The notes under the pieces: generated by a model
Seen by the model: only the letters and a program-made list of their open reading frames with translations
What the model was told of the DNA's origin: nothing
Database searches by the model: none
Source of the DNA: an uncultured Lentisphaeria bacterium
GTDB lineage: Bacteria > Verrucomicrobiota > Lentisphaeria > Victivallales > UBA1829
Reading direction: 5' to 3'
Assembly: GCA_937900075.1 (NCBI GenBank)
Contig: CALCCZ010000079.1
Coordinates: 1 to 61,230 of the forward strand
Length of the DNA stretch: 61,230 nucleotides
Position numbers and translations under genes: made by a program
Shown here: positions 37,534 to 47,372 of the stretch, in pieces
How positions within the stretch are numbered: the stretch's first letter is position 1
How the letters are laid out: each line of letters opens with the position of its first letter

Positions 37534-38445
37534 TTAGCGCATAATTTCCAATTGACTGCCGACAGGAATATAATCCCTGACGCTTTTGATATCGGAAGCT
37601 TTTAAAAACTCTTTCAGTTCGGAATAATCCCTGCTGAGAGAAATGGTACCGGTAGAACGTCCGCCCGCATCGGTGTCATCTGAAACATTTATGGAATAAA
37701 TCCGGATCAGTTTGTCGCTTTCCGTAACATACATTTTTTTCGCATCAAGATAAATAGTTGCCTTCCATGTTTTTTGAGGAATACGCAACTTTTGTCCTAA
37801 ACGGAGATGATTTGCATCTTCTAAACCATTCGTCTCCATAATCATACGCGTCGTAGAATGATTGGCACGGGCAATCCCGGAAAGAGTATCCCGCCGTCCC
37901 ACGGTGTAATCAATATAGACCGGCGGCAGTTTTCCTGTCTGATACAGATTGTCAGAGGCTTCTGCCAACTGCTTCTGGGCATGTTCATACAATACGGTAT
38001 TCGTTGGAAGGGAAGCAAAAAGCTCTTGCAGAAGACTTCTGGCTTCTTCCCATTTTTCCTCGCTCAACAATTCGCCGGCACGTTTCGACATTTCCAGTTG
38101 TTCTGCCGTCGCATTCCGGACATTCAAGGAAACCGACGACCGTTCCTTGACCACTGTATCCGATTCCTGTTCCGGTTCCGATGGAATTACAGACCCTTCT
38201 TCCAATGAAGATTCCGGCAACTGATCTTTTGCAGCATTGGCGATTTCTTCCGGGGTATTTTTCTTCTCACTGGGTGAATAGAAGAACCAGCGCCAGATGA
38301 AAAAACCTAAAAACGCCAGGACAAGTATGGCTGCGACTGCAAAAAAAAGTTTGACTTTCTGGGAACCAACACCACCACCCCGGTATGTATACGGCGATGC
38401 GGATCCGATAGGCTGCCCTTTATAAGTATAAGGCTGTTTTATCAT
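37534..38445 (-). CDS. LysM peptidoglycan-binding domain membrane protein
   Basis: N-terminal TM helix. LysM motif YTVGRRDTLSGIARANHSTTRMIMETNGLEDANHLRLGQKLRIP. Start taken at MIKQPYTYKG with GGAAAGG RBS. Confidence 0.55.
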   Translation of the reverse strand: MIKQPYTYKGQPIGSASPYTYRGGGVGSQKVKLFFAVAAILVLAFLGFFIWRWFFYSPSEKKNTPEEIANAAKDQLPESSLEEGSVIPSEPEQESDTVVKERSSVSLNVRNATAEQLEMSKRAGELLSEEKWEEARSLLQELFASLPTNTVLYEHAQKQLAEASDNLYQTGKLPPVYIDYTVGRRDTLSGIARANHSTTRMIMETNGLEDANHLRLGQKLRIPQKTWKATIYLDAKKMYVTESDKLIRIYSINVSDDTDAGGRSTGTISLSRDYSELKEFLKASDIKSVRDYIPVGSQLEIMR

Positions 38446-38767
38446 CTCATTATCCTTTCCCGCAGTAGTTATTCCGATAATTATTCTGAAAAACAATATA
38501 CACCCGTATTTCTCATTTGCAAGAAAAAAAACAGACAACTGATAAAAGTTTGCAAATATCGTTGTAATCGGGCAGTAAATTTTTTTACAGAGCAAGCCGG
38601 GTAAGCCACATGGGAAACACTATGACGCAGCCTTCACACTATCCACTATTCTCTATCCACGACGGCGTGCGGATTGTGATTTAAAACGCGAAAAAATACG
38701 ATTTTTGACTTGAAAAGGATTGAAACCGGAGCTATATTTTCTTAAAAATTAACGGAAAGGCGGAAAA

Positions 38768-38935
38768 ATGTTTTCTTTTTTTGTCAGTTTCATTCTTGCA
38801 GCGTTTTTAACCGTGCGGCTGTTCGGCTGGCCCGGTCTTGTCGTTGTTGTCATTGTCTTCCTTGCTGCTCTTTCCGGGCCCATCGTCGAAAATCCGGGTC
38901 CTGTGTGCCGATTCTTTGACGATATGGATAAATAA
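38768..38935 (+). CDS. Possible small membrane protein (55 aa, two hydrophobic segments)
   Basis: ATG preceded by AGGCGGA, giving MFSFFVSFILAAFLTVRLFGWPGLVVVVIVFLAALSGPIVENPGPVCRFFDDMDK. It lies in a roughly 750-bp gap (38446-39204), below the track size cutoff. It is weakly supported. Confidence 0.3.
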   Translation: MFSFFVSFILAAFLTVRLFGWPGLVVVVIVFLAALSGPIVENPGPVCRFFDDMDK

Positions 38936-39117
38936 AAGACGCGGATCGCCGTTGAAGCGGTCCGCTATCCTCTATCCACTAACTGTTGGAAAATACGTTA
39001 CAATTTACAAACACGCGCTTGCATTGAAGCGATAAAGATGTAATTTAAATGGAGTGAAAAAGACAGACATCCTCCGCTGATGCTTGCTCCAGCCAGAGCG
39101 GGTTGTCTGAAATCTTG

Positions 39118-39153
39118 AACAGTCGCTGTTTTTCCGCAAAAAGGAACAGCGAT
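39118..39153 (+). promoter_or_regulatory. Stable hairpin in the tsaD leader (no U-tract, so not a terminator)
   Basis: CAGTCGCTGTT-(14 nt loop)-AACAGCGATTG forms an 11-bp stem with one G.U pair. It sits about 50 nt upstream of the tsaD start. Confidence 0.25.
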
Positions 39154-39204
39154 TGAACACGGATATTATGAGCAGACAGTATTTTTTATCTGATGAGGTT
39201 GGAT

Positions 39205-40305
39205 ATGTCATTGACATTGGGTATTGAGTCCAGCTGCGATGAGACAGCGGCATCCGTAGTGGAAGACGGGAAGAAAATTCTTTCCAATGTTGTAGCTTCG
39301 CAAATTGCGAAACATGCCGCGTACGGCGGAGTGATTCCGGAGCTTGCGGCCCGTGAACATCTGACAGCAATAACCCCGGTTGTTACCGCGGCGTTGAAAG
39401 ATGCGGGGGTCAAACCATCGCAATTGTCGGCAGTAGGTGTTACCCATGCACCGGGTCTGATACCCGCGTTGCTGATGGGTATTACATACGCGAAGGGATT
39501 TGCGGCGGCGAATCGGTTACCGCTGATCGGTATCAACCATTTTCTCGGACACATCTACGGTGCTTTTGTCGGCGAGGAAGCCCCTTACCGTTTTGATGAT
39601 CCGGGACTTTATCCCATGCTGGCGACAGTTGTTTCCGGCGGTCATACCAGTTTAGTCGTAATTACTCCGGACGGACAATCGCATGTAGTCGGGACGACAC
39701 TTGACGATGCGGCAGGAGAGGCTTTCGACAAGGCTGCAAAACTGCTGAATTTAGGCTATCCCGGCGGACCGATTATCGAACGGCTTGCGAAAAACGGAAA
39801 TCCCGGAAAATATCATTTCCCGCGTTCTCTGACAGGCGGTGCGGGGAAACCGGTAGCTCCGGAGAACCGCTTTAATTTCAGTTTCAGCGGACTGAAGACC
39901 TCGTTGCTTTATCATGTACGGGATGCCGGCGGAGCAGAAGCCATATCGGAAACGGAACTTTACGACTGTCTGGCTTCGTATCAGGAAGCCATCGTGGATG
40001 TGTTATGTACGAAAGCATACGAAGCGGCTGCTTGGTATAAAGTGAAATCGGTTGTACTGTGCGGCGGCGTTGCCTGTAATGGAGCAATCCGCGCGAGATT
40101 TGAACAAATGGCGCCCAAAAACATCATTACGTTGATGGCTCCGAAAAAATACTGTACGGATAATGCCGCAATGATCAGCGGACTGACATATTTTTACCTG
40201 CGAGCCGGAGTTTTCCATGATTTGCAGCTGGATGCTCAGGCCCGTCTTTCACAGAATGTTCAACTGCCGTTTGATTTGACCGTGAAACCATCACAGGGGA
40301 TGTAA
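39205..40305 (+). CDS. tsaD: tRNA N6-adenosine threonylcarbamoyltransferase
   Basis: LGIESSCDETAASVV, HAAYGGVIPE and the Kae1/TsaD ASKHA fold motifs (GVTHAPGLIPALLMG, GHTS, GGVACN). Confidence 0.85.
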   Translation: MSLTLGIESSCDETAASVVEDGKKILSNVVASQIAKHAAYGGVIPELAAREHLTAITPVVTAALKDAGVKPSQLSAVGVTHAPGLIPALLMGITYAKGFAAANRLPLIGINHFLGHIYGAFVGEEAPYRFDDPGLYPMLATVVSGGHTSLVVITPDGQSHVVGTTLDDAAGEAFDKAAKLLNLGYPGGPIIERLAKNGNPGKYHFPRSLTGGAGKPVAPENRFNFSFSGLKTSLLYHVRDAGGAEAISETELYDCLASYQEAIVDVLCTKAYEAAAWYKVKSVVLCGGVACNGAIRARFEQMAPKNIITLMAPKKYCTDNAAMISGLTYFYLRAGVFHDLQLDAQARLSQNVQLPFDLTVKPSQGM

Positions 40306-40360
40306 TCGGTCTCGTGGCAGTAAGTCTTTTTATGCAATACGGAAACGTGGAGATGCAAAA

Positions 40361-41542
40361 ATGAATTTTCAGGATTTACCGATTGACATTTTCGAACGGT
40401 TAAGAGCGATTGCGGAAGATATTTACAAAAATCCGGAACTGGGTTTTCACGAATTTCATGCATCAGAACTGCAGAAGACACTGTTGAAGGAGTGGGGGTT
40501 TTCCATTACGGAAAATATATCTGGATTACCGACATCCTTTGTGGCAGAAAAACATTTCGGGACCGGGGATGACCCTTCTTTCGGTTTATTTACCGAATTT
40601 GACGCTTTGCCCGAATTGGGACATGCCTGCGGACATCACTTGATATGCGTTTCGGGCCTTGCCGCCGCTTATTTGACCATGCGCAGAATGGAAGAAGCCA
40701 AGGCATCCGGAAAACTGGTTCTTTTCGGTACGCCCGGTGAAGAACGTCTCGGGGGAAAAGTCCAGATGGAGACAAGCGGAGTATTCGGTCAGGTGGAAGC
40801 GGCGGTAATTTCCCACCCGTACGATGTTTACAGTACCGATGATGGAGCCTATTCGGTCAGTCGGTTCCGTGTAAAATATCATGGGCGTGCGTCCCACGCG
40901 GCAATGGCGCCCCAGCTTGGCATCAATGCACTGGACGCAGTGATTCTGCTGTTTAACGGTATCGGTCTGTGGCGGCAGCAGATGAACGAGTTATCAAGGG
41001 TTCACGGGATTATTGTGAAGGGTGGCGATTTTCCCAACATCATTCCGGCTGAAACGGAAGCGTTTTTCTATCTGCGTGCGCCGGACGTGAAAACGGGCAT
41101 AGAAATGGAAAACAGATTTCGCGGGATTGTTGCCGGAGCAGCGGAACAAACCGGTTGTACATACGATTGCGTCCTGGAATCGGCATACGCTCCATGCAAG
41201 ATAAACGTGCCCTTGAACAAGGCTTATGCAGATATTCTGGAGTCGCAAGGGATTTCTGTTATCCGCGCCAAAGGAACAGAAGGCAGAGGATCCACCGATT
41301 TCGGAAATGTTTCGCAAATCCTTCCCGGAGCCAATCTGCACTTTGGAATCTGTAAAGAAGCCGGCACACCGCTGCACAGTGTGGCGTTTCGTGAAGCAGC
41401 AGGCAAACCGGAAGCTTTTGAACAGGCTATGGTCTGCGGAAATGCCATGTCGCTCATTGCATTCCGCTATTTGACGGATGCCGGATTCCGGAATGAGGTT
41501 CAGGCGGATTTTCAACTTCACAAAAATGGTGAACAGCAATGA
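40361..41542 (+). CDS. M20D-family amidohydrolase / peptidase (AbgB-like)
   Basis: Metal-binding HACGHHL, GTPGEE, and a dimerisation-domain pattern typical of M20D. Confidence 0.7.
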   Translation: MNFQDLPIDIFERLRAIAEDIYKNPELGFHEFHASELQKTLLKEWGFSITENISGLPTSFVAEKHFGTGDDPSFGLFTEFDALPELGHACGHHLICVSGLAAAYLTMRRMEEAKASGKLVLFGTPGEERLGGKVQMETSGVFGQVEAAVISHPYDVYSTDDGAYSVSRFRVKYHGRASHAAMAPQLGINALDAVILLFNGIGLWRQQMNELSRVHGIIVKGGDFPNIIPAETEAFFYLRAPDVKTGIEMENRFRGIVAGAAEQTGCTYDCVLESAYAPCKINVPLNKAYADILESQGISVIRAKGTEGRGSTDFGNVSQILPGANLHFGICKEAGTPLHSVAFREAAGKPEAFEQAMVCGNAMSLIAFRYLTDAGFRNEVQADFQLHKNGEQQ

Positions 41543-42231
41543 AGGCGGGTATTCTTTCCGATTTTCACTTCTGTACGGCTGAAAACACTTGCGATACCGG
41601 ACGACGCGGGGAAATCGCGGACCATCTGTTGAATGTGGCAATAACTGAACTGAAGAAATATACTCCGGATATCCTGCTTGTTCTCGGTGACCTGGTCAAT
41701 GTCCCCTCCGATATGGAATCCCTGAAAACGATTGCGGATATTCTCAAAAAAATCGATCTGCCGATGATTGTATTACCCGGTAACCACGACCCTGCCCCGG
41801 AACAATTCTATACCCTGATTCCGCGTCCGCCGGAACACTTGGATATCAAAAACTACCGGTTGGTTCCCTACTGCGATGAGCAAACCGCCGGCTGGAATGC
41901 CAGACGTTCCGCTGCGGATATAGCACGTCAGAAATATCATCGGCAAGCGTTTTCCGGGAAGATCATCAGTCTTCAGCATGTGCCGCTTTTCGAACCCGGC
42001 TGCGCACACAGTCCTTTTTCATACGATAATATGGATGAAGTTGTGGATGGCAGTTTTGATTTTTCCGTTTCCGGACATCTGCATTGGGGTTTTTCCGGGA
42101 TTTGCGGAAAACAGATGCGGGCATGGACGGTACCGGCACTTTGCGAATCACCGTTCCGTTTCGGTTTATGGGATTTCGACACCGATTCCGTTTCCATTTT
42201 TGCACTTGAAAACAAAAACACAAAATTCTGA
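41539..42231 (+). CDS. Metallophosphoesterase (calcineurin-like)
   Basis: GDLVN...VLPGNHD motifs II and III, and GHLH later. Confidence 0.65.
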   Translation: MKAGILSDFHFCTAENTCDTGRRGEIADHLLNVAITELKKYTPDILLVLGDLVNVPSDMESLKTIADILKKIDLPMIVLPGNHDPAPEQFYTLIPRPPEHLDIKNYRLVPYCDEQTAGWNARRSAADIARQKYHRQAFSGKIISLQHVPLFEPGCAHSPFSYDNMDEVVDGSFDFSVSGHLHWGFSGICGKQMRAWTVPALCESPFRFGLWDFDTDSVSIFALENKNTKF

Positions 42232-42296
42232 CGGAAAAAACTTGGTTATATTTCCATTTTTTTTGAAAAAAAACAGAATTTTTCTCAAACATGGTA

Positions 42297-42327
42297 TTGA
42301 AAAATACAGGAATGGATTTACTATAAT
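42297..42327 (+). promoter_or_regulatory. Candidate sigma70-type promoter for the downstream LysM gene
   Basis: TTGAAA (42297-42302), a 19-nt spacer, then TATAAT (42322-42327). The spacer is slightly long. Confidence 0.3.
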
Positions 42328-42368
42328 AGGGATACAAATCAGGAATAACAATTTTTGGAGGATAAAAC

Positions 42369-43586
42369 GTGAAAAACAATAGTTCCCGCAGCTTCTTTTC
42401 GTTCTTGCCCGCATTGTGCACATGCGGTGTTGCCGCCGTTCTTGCCGGTTGCTCTTCTAACTGGGTTGCCGGAGATGCCCCTGAAGTACCATCCGGTGCT
42501 TACATCGGCGACCGCGTTGTCACGAACAGTGACACTTTGGCTGCGGAAAAGGCAGCCAGTGAACTGGCGAAAAATGCATCTGTTGAAGAAGTAAGTCCCT
42601 TGCGTCCGATGGATGAGAATAATACGACGGCAAGTTCAGATCCAGTATTCAGTGTTCCCGAAAACAGTACGTTGACTCATACAGTCAAAAAAGGAGAAAC
42701 CTGGGACAGTCTTTCCCAATTGTATGGCGTTCCACAGCAAGATATTGCTGCCGCATCAAAGCTTGACACGACAAAGCCGCTTCAACCCGGTGATGTCATA
42801 ACGATACCGGAAGATGCCATTTCCGCTCAACCGATCGAACAGGTCAGCATGGAAGAACCAGCTCCCGCGCAGAAAGCATCTGCATCCGATGAAAAAGCGG
42901 TAGAGCCGGCAGAGCAGAAGCAGGCGGATGAAAAAGCCATGCGTATTCACGAAATTAAAAAAGGAGATACCTTAGGTCATCTCGCCATTAGTTATCGTGT
43001 TTATCCGAGCGAAATCGCAAAAGCCAATAACATGGATGTGAATGCCATGCTTCGGATCGGTCAGAAGTTGAAGATTCCGCCCGAAAATCCAAATTACAAA
43101 GCTCCGCAGAAAAAGAAATCTGCTGCTCCCGCTAAAAAATCCACAAAGAACACCCAAAAAACAGCAGCAACAGCGGCAGCAGCACCGGTTGTTAAAAATA
43201 CCGCTTCCGGCAAATCAACCCCCGCTCCGGTAACGCCAGTTTCCCCTAAACCGGTATCGGCTGCACCTGCCCCGGTAACAGAAAAAACAACGCCCGTACC
43301 TCCCAAAGGACCGTCCGCCACCACTACAGAAGAAGATGATGATCTTGAATTGCTGAACGATGACAGTGAAAGTGATACCAAGCAAACCACGCAGGATACG
43401 ACTGCGAAGTCTTCCGATGTAACAACAAATACCTATTCTGTTCATACGTCTTCAGAGATGACGCTGCGTCAATACTCGAAAATAAATCCGGACGTTTCTT
43501 TGGAACAGCTTCTGAAACTGAATCCAAAATTCGGAGCAGATGATGTCATGCCTGTCAATACGGAAGTACTCTTTCCCCTTGAATGA
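42369..43586 (+). CDS. Secreted/lipoprotein LysM-repeat protein with Pro/Thr/Ala-rich linker
   Basis: GTG start with GGAGG RBS. Signal peptide with LAGCSS lipobox. LysM modules HTVKKGETWDSLSQLYGV...VITIP and HEIKKGDTLGHLAISYRV...LKIP. Confidence 0.6.
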   Translation: MKNNSSRSFFSFLPALCTCGVAAVLAGCSSNWVAGDAPEVPSGAYIGDRVVTNSDTLAAEKAASELAKNASVEEVSPLRPMDENNTTASSDPVFSVPENSTLTHTVKKGETWDSLSQLYGVPQQDIAAASKLDTTKPLQPGDVITIPEDAISAQPIEQVSMEEPAPAQKASASDEKAVEPAEQKQADEKAMRIHEIKKGDTLGHLAISYRVYPSEIAKANNMDVNAMLRIGQKLKIPPENPNYKAPQKKKSAAPAKKSTKNTQKTAATAAAAPVVKNTASGKSTPAPVTPVSPKPVSAAPAPVTEKTTPVPPKGPSATTTEEDDDLELLNDDSESDTKQTTQDTTAKSSDVTTNTYSVHTSSEMTLRQYSKINPDVSLEQLLKLNPKFGADDVMPVNTEVLFPLE

Positions 43587-43620
43587 AATATGACAAATCT
43601 CTTTGAGTTGTAATATTCTG

Positions 43621-43650
43621 AACGCCGCCTTTTCCGACGGCGTTTTTTTG
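43621..43650 (+). terminator. Intrinsic terminator after the LysM gene, immediately followed by extended -10 TGTATAAT
   Basis: AACGCCG-CCTTTTCCGA-CGGCGTT is a 7-bp stem. It is followed by TTTTTTT. Confidence 0.6.
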
Positions 43651-43688
43651 TATAATTTCACTAAATAAAACGGCTTGACAGAGCATAA

Positions 43689-45620
43689 ATGCGTCTATTC
43701 CCAGTACCTTTCACAATCCCGGATGTCCATCAGGAAAAGATGTTCTCGCTTCTGCGCGGACACAGTCTTATCCTTCTTTTTCTGCTCTCAGTGAATGCGT
43801 TTCTGCAGCTCGAAGATGCGGATTTCATGACTTCCGTTATTTTCTTTTCCCTTTTCCCGCTTGCGTTTATTTTCGGAATTCTGTTCAAAAAAATATGGAA
43901 CCATGAGAAAAATGCTACGTCTTACTGTTTCAATCTCAACCTTATTTTCTGCCTTCTCTGCGCACTTGCCATATTCATCCATCCCTGGTGCCAGAAACAG
44001 TACACCGCCGGTCTCTGCGGACTCATACTGCTTCTTTTTTTCCTCGCGGGAATTTATCCCGGTTGGTTCAACAATCATGAAACAGAAGAGCAACAAACCG
44101 GGACCTTCCGGTCACTTTCCATCGGTATTCTGTCGGGTGTCATCTGTTTTTATCTGCATTTTTCCGTTTATGCCGCATTGGCGGGAATCTTTATTTTTCT
44201 GGTCTTTCTGATTTTTCTGAATCCAAATCCGAAGCATATTGCCAGTCAACAGATAAGCGCGCTGCTTTCGCTCATAGCCATTGGTATTGTTGTCTGGCAA
44301 AATCAACCGCCCCCGGAATACAAATTGAAAAAAAAGCCCATTGTCTCTGAAATAAGAGGGGAACGCATTCTCTTCTGCAAGCATGGCTATATTCTTGACA
44401 GTTACCGGACCGATATCAAAATCCCCGCAAGCAATATCATAGCAGTCGCGGCCATTCTTGCCAATGCCGACAGTTCTGACAACTGCAAAATCATCTGCGA
44501 TGGCAATTCCCCGGAAAATATTCAACTGGCAGAATATATGAAGTTACTGGGGGTCAAGGATATGTCCATCACAACATATATTCCCCATCCATGGTTTCTG
44601 CCGCAAAAGGAATACTTTGATCTCATTCTGTTGAACTTGATGCTGCCGGACAATTTTGCCCATGCAAAATTTTTCAAGACCGATTTCTATCAGAAAATTC
44701 TTCGTCAGGTCAAGACAAACGGTGTATTGGCAATTCGCGTCCCGCAGACAGGCGATACCCAAGAAGATACTCTCATACGCCATACAATACTGAAGGAACT
44801 GCCGCAGAATGCGGCCACAGTCTATGGTGTTTCCGATTGTTTTTTAGTTGTCCGGAAAAATAAACAAACGTTTAATGCGGACGTATCTTTCATTATAGAA
44901 CGAATGAAGCAGCGTGGAACCATCATACCGGAAGAACCCGCGACAACAGTTTTTCCTCTACTGCAAAGACATAACGATGAAGGATATGCCGCAAAGAAAT
45001 GGCTTGTACCAGCCGGTCGCCTGCTTCCGACATTTTTGCCCGTATCAGTCAATCCGCGATTTATAATCATCTTCGTATTCTTCCTGCTTGGTGTCTATTG
45101 GTTGATACGCGCCCGTAACAGGCAGACAAAAACACATCTCATTGCTTTCCGTTCCGCCGAATCCGGTATTTTTGCAGGATGTCTTTTTGCTTTTTCCATA
45201 ATCAGAATGATGCTGTCCGGTGCAGATACCCTGCAGCCGATAGAATGTTTTTCCATTATTGTCGCAACGGCTCTGCTGGCCTGGAACATTCGGGATATGA
45301 GACCACTGACCTGTGCTGTCGTCTATGGTCTGCCGGCACTGATCTTCTGTATCGGAATCGGGATTTCCCCGTTTCTGCTGTTTTTCCCTTTTTATGTCTA
45401 TCTGGAACAAAACACCCGCGAGAAACAGCAGGAAGACACGGCATTGCACTATATCCCGCTTCTGTCCGGTTTTATCTTGGGTATTCTGCTCATCTCATTC
45501 AGCTGTATTGTCTCTCCGATGCTCCCGTATGTTTTTCTCATACTGTCCGGAATCTGGTCCATTTATCTGTTTCTCCGGAAGAAATATTTTTCCGATTCCG
45601 CAGGACAAGAAAAGATATAA
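43689..45620 (+). CDS. Polytopic membrane protein with embedded spermidine-synthase-like / class-I methyltransferase-like soluble domain
   Basis: More than 10 hydrophobic segments. The central soluble stretch (IICDGNSPENIQLAEYMKLLGVKDMSITTY...DLILLNLMLPDNFAHAKFFKTDFYQKILRQVKTNGVLAI) resembles the PABS/spermidine-synthase fold. Confidence 0.45.
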   Translation: MRLFPVPFTIPDVHQEKMFSLLRGHSLILLFLLSVNAFLQLEDADFMTSVIFFSLFPLAFIFGILFKKIWNHEKNATSYCFNLNLIFCLLCALAIFIHPWCQKQYTAGLCGLILLLFFLAGIYPGWFNNHETEEQQTGTFRSLSIGILSGVICFYLHFSVYAALAGIFIFLVFLIFLNPNPKHIASQQISALLSLIAIGIVVWQNQPPPEYKLKKKPIVSEIRGERILFCKHGYILDSYRTDIKIPASNIIAVAAILANADSSDNCKIICDGNSPENIQLAEYMKLLGVKDMSITTYIPHPWFLPQKEYFDLILLNLMLPDNFAHAKFFKTDFYQKILRQVKTNGVLAIRVPQTGDTQEDTLIRHTILKELPQNAATVYGVSDCFLVVRKNKQTFNADVSFIIERMKQRGTIIPEEPATTVFPLLQRHNDEGYAAKKWLVPAGRLLPTFLPVSVNPRFIIIFVFFLLGVYWLIRARNRQTKTHLIAFRSAESGIFAGCLFAFSIIRMMLSGADTLQPIECFSIIVATALLAWNIRDMRPLTCAVVYGLPALIFCIGIGISPFLLFFPFYVYLEQNTREKQQEDTALHYIPLLSGFILGILLISFSCIVSPMLPYVFLILSGIWSIYLFLRKKYFSDSAGQEKI

Positions 45621-45721
45621 CGGGTCCCAATAAACACAAAAAGAGAGACCTGAAATACGTTACGGAAAAGGGAAAAGGAAATCGGTCACATGTGAACCGT
45701 CGGGAGGGGGAAACCCTATTA

Positions 45722-46783
45722 TCAAGCCGGGGCTTGGTCCGATGATGTTTTTTCCTGTTCGATGTGAGGATGTCCGGAAAATGCGACACCGCATTCGGCG
45801 ATACGCTGTGAAATCATGTCCGGCAAGGAACGTTTGGCAAAATTATCCGCGACGCGGATGGCATTGAAAACAGCATAAGGAGTGGAAGCTCCGTGTCCGA
45901 TAATGCACACGCCATTGACCCCCAGCAGCGGGGCGCCGCCGTACTCTTCGTAATTGCTGACTTTTTTCAAATCCACGAAAGCTTCTTTTGCCAGAAGTGC
46001 GCCGATTTTCCGCTGAACATTCTTCATGAGAGCCTGTTTGAGCCAGAACTGGACGGCATGGCAAATACTTTCCACGGATTTCAGAGCGACGTTACCGCTG
46101 AAGCCATCGCAAACTACGACATCGGCCCCGAGATTGAACAAGTCATGTCCTTCCACGTTTCCGATGAAATTGATAGGCATTTTGGATAAAATTTTGAAAG
46201 TCTCTTTTGTCAGGGAATTGCCTTTGGCATCTTCACCGCCGACAGAAAGAAGACCGATGCGCGGGTTGGGTTTGTTCTGGAAAATTTTCGCATAGATTTC
46301 ACCCATTACCGCAAACTGCGCTAAATTCAACGGAGTGCAATCCGTATTGGCTCCAGCATCGCACATGACAAACTGTCCGCCGATAGCCGGCAGGAGGGAC
46401 GCTAAAGCCGGGCGTTCGACTCCAGGCACCATGCGCAGCCGCACTTTGGTAGCGGCAACGGCAGCACCGGTATGACCGGCAGAAACAATAGCCTGAGCCT
46501 TGCCGGCCTTTACGAGTTCGGCGCAAACGGTGATGGAGGAATGTTTTTTACTGCGGATGGCGTACGTGGAAGGTTCACCCATTTCCACCACCTCATCCGC
46601 ATGAACGAAGGTCAACCGACTGGATTCTTTCAGCTTTGCCTTTTCCAGATGGAACTGGATTTTCGGTAAATTGCCCACAAGAAGCATCTCGACATCCGGC
46701 AAATCCTTCAAGGCTCTGACAACAGCTTCAATAACAACAGCCGGCGCGAAATCACCACCCATCGCATCGATTGCAATTTTCAT
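45722..46783 (-). CDS. plsX: Phosphate acyltransferase
   Basis: MKIAIDAMGGDFAP N-terminus and the conserved PlsX core. Confidence 0.85.
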   Translation of the reverse strand: MKIAIDAMGGDFAPAVVIEAVVRALKDLPDVEMLLVGNLPKIQFHLEKAKLKESSRLTFVHADEVVEMGEPSTYAIRSKKHSSITVCAELVKAGKAQAIVSAGHTGAAVAATKVRLRMVPGVERPALASLLPAIGGQFVMCDAGANTDCTPLNLAQFAVMGEIYAKIFQNKPNPRIGLLSVGGEDAKGNSLTKETFKILSKMPINFIGNVEGHDLFNLGADVVVCDGFSGNVALKSVESICHAVQFWLKQALMKNVQRKIGALLAKEAFVDLKKVSNYEEYGGAPLLGVNGVCIIGHGASTPYAVFNAIRVADNFAKRSLPDMISQRIAECGVAFSGHPHIEQEKTSSDQAPA

Positions 46784-46826
46784 TTCGGTGACCTCCGTCC
46801 AAATAAGTTACGGAAAAAGAAAAATT

Positions 46827-47009
46827 TTATTTCTCGTCTACAGTAAGAACCTGTTTACCCTTGTACTGTCCGCAATGGGGGCATACACTGTGCGGGGCTG
46901 CAGGTTTTTTGCAAACCGGGCAGAAATTTGCCTGAACGCCATCATAACTGTTGGCTGCATGGCGCTGGCGTTTTTTCATTTTCGACTGTTTTCTCTTCGG
47001 TACTGCCAT
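46827..47009 (-). CDS. rpmF: 50S ribosomal protein L32
   Basis: MAVPKRKQSKMKKRQRHA...CPVCKKPAAPHSVCPHCGQY, the Zn-ribbon form of L32. The rpmF-plsX order is conserved. Confidence 0.85.
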   Translation of the reverse strand: MAVPKRKQSKMKKRQRHAANSYDGVQANFCPVCKKPAAPHSVCPHCGQYKGKQVLTVDEK

Positions 47010-47261
47010 TTTTCATACTCCTGAATTTATCGTTGGAAATTATTGTTCTGCTTCCATCTTACGGATTTTCAACACAATAAAGCATAAATCCGCATCAACC
47101 GAAACAATAATATACCATTGCTTTGCAAAAAATCAAACGAAACTTCAATGTTTATTGTAATTTTCTTACAGATATCCTGATTTTTTTACTCATATCCCCT
47201 ATCATTACGTAATCTGTCAGGGATAACAAACAAGAACACCTTCAGCTTCATACGTTTTATT

Positions 47262-47283
47262 AACCGGATGTTAACCGGATGCA
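47262..47283. repeat. Perfect tandem direct repeat, 2 x TTAACCGGATG
   Basis: TTAACCGGATGTTAACCGGATG seen directly. It lies in the roughly 360-bp intergenic region upstream of rpmF-plsX. Confidence 0.8.
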
Positions 47284-47372
47284 GACATTGTACACGGGCA
47301 TGGCGATACCAAAGGCAACCCCTCCGGCAGAGGACACAGTCCCGGGCACAAACGACTCCCAACGTCTCCGTA

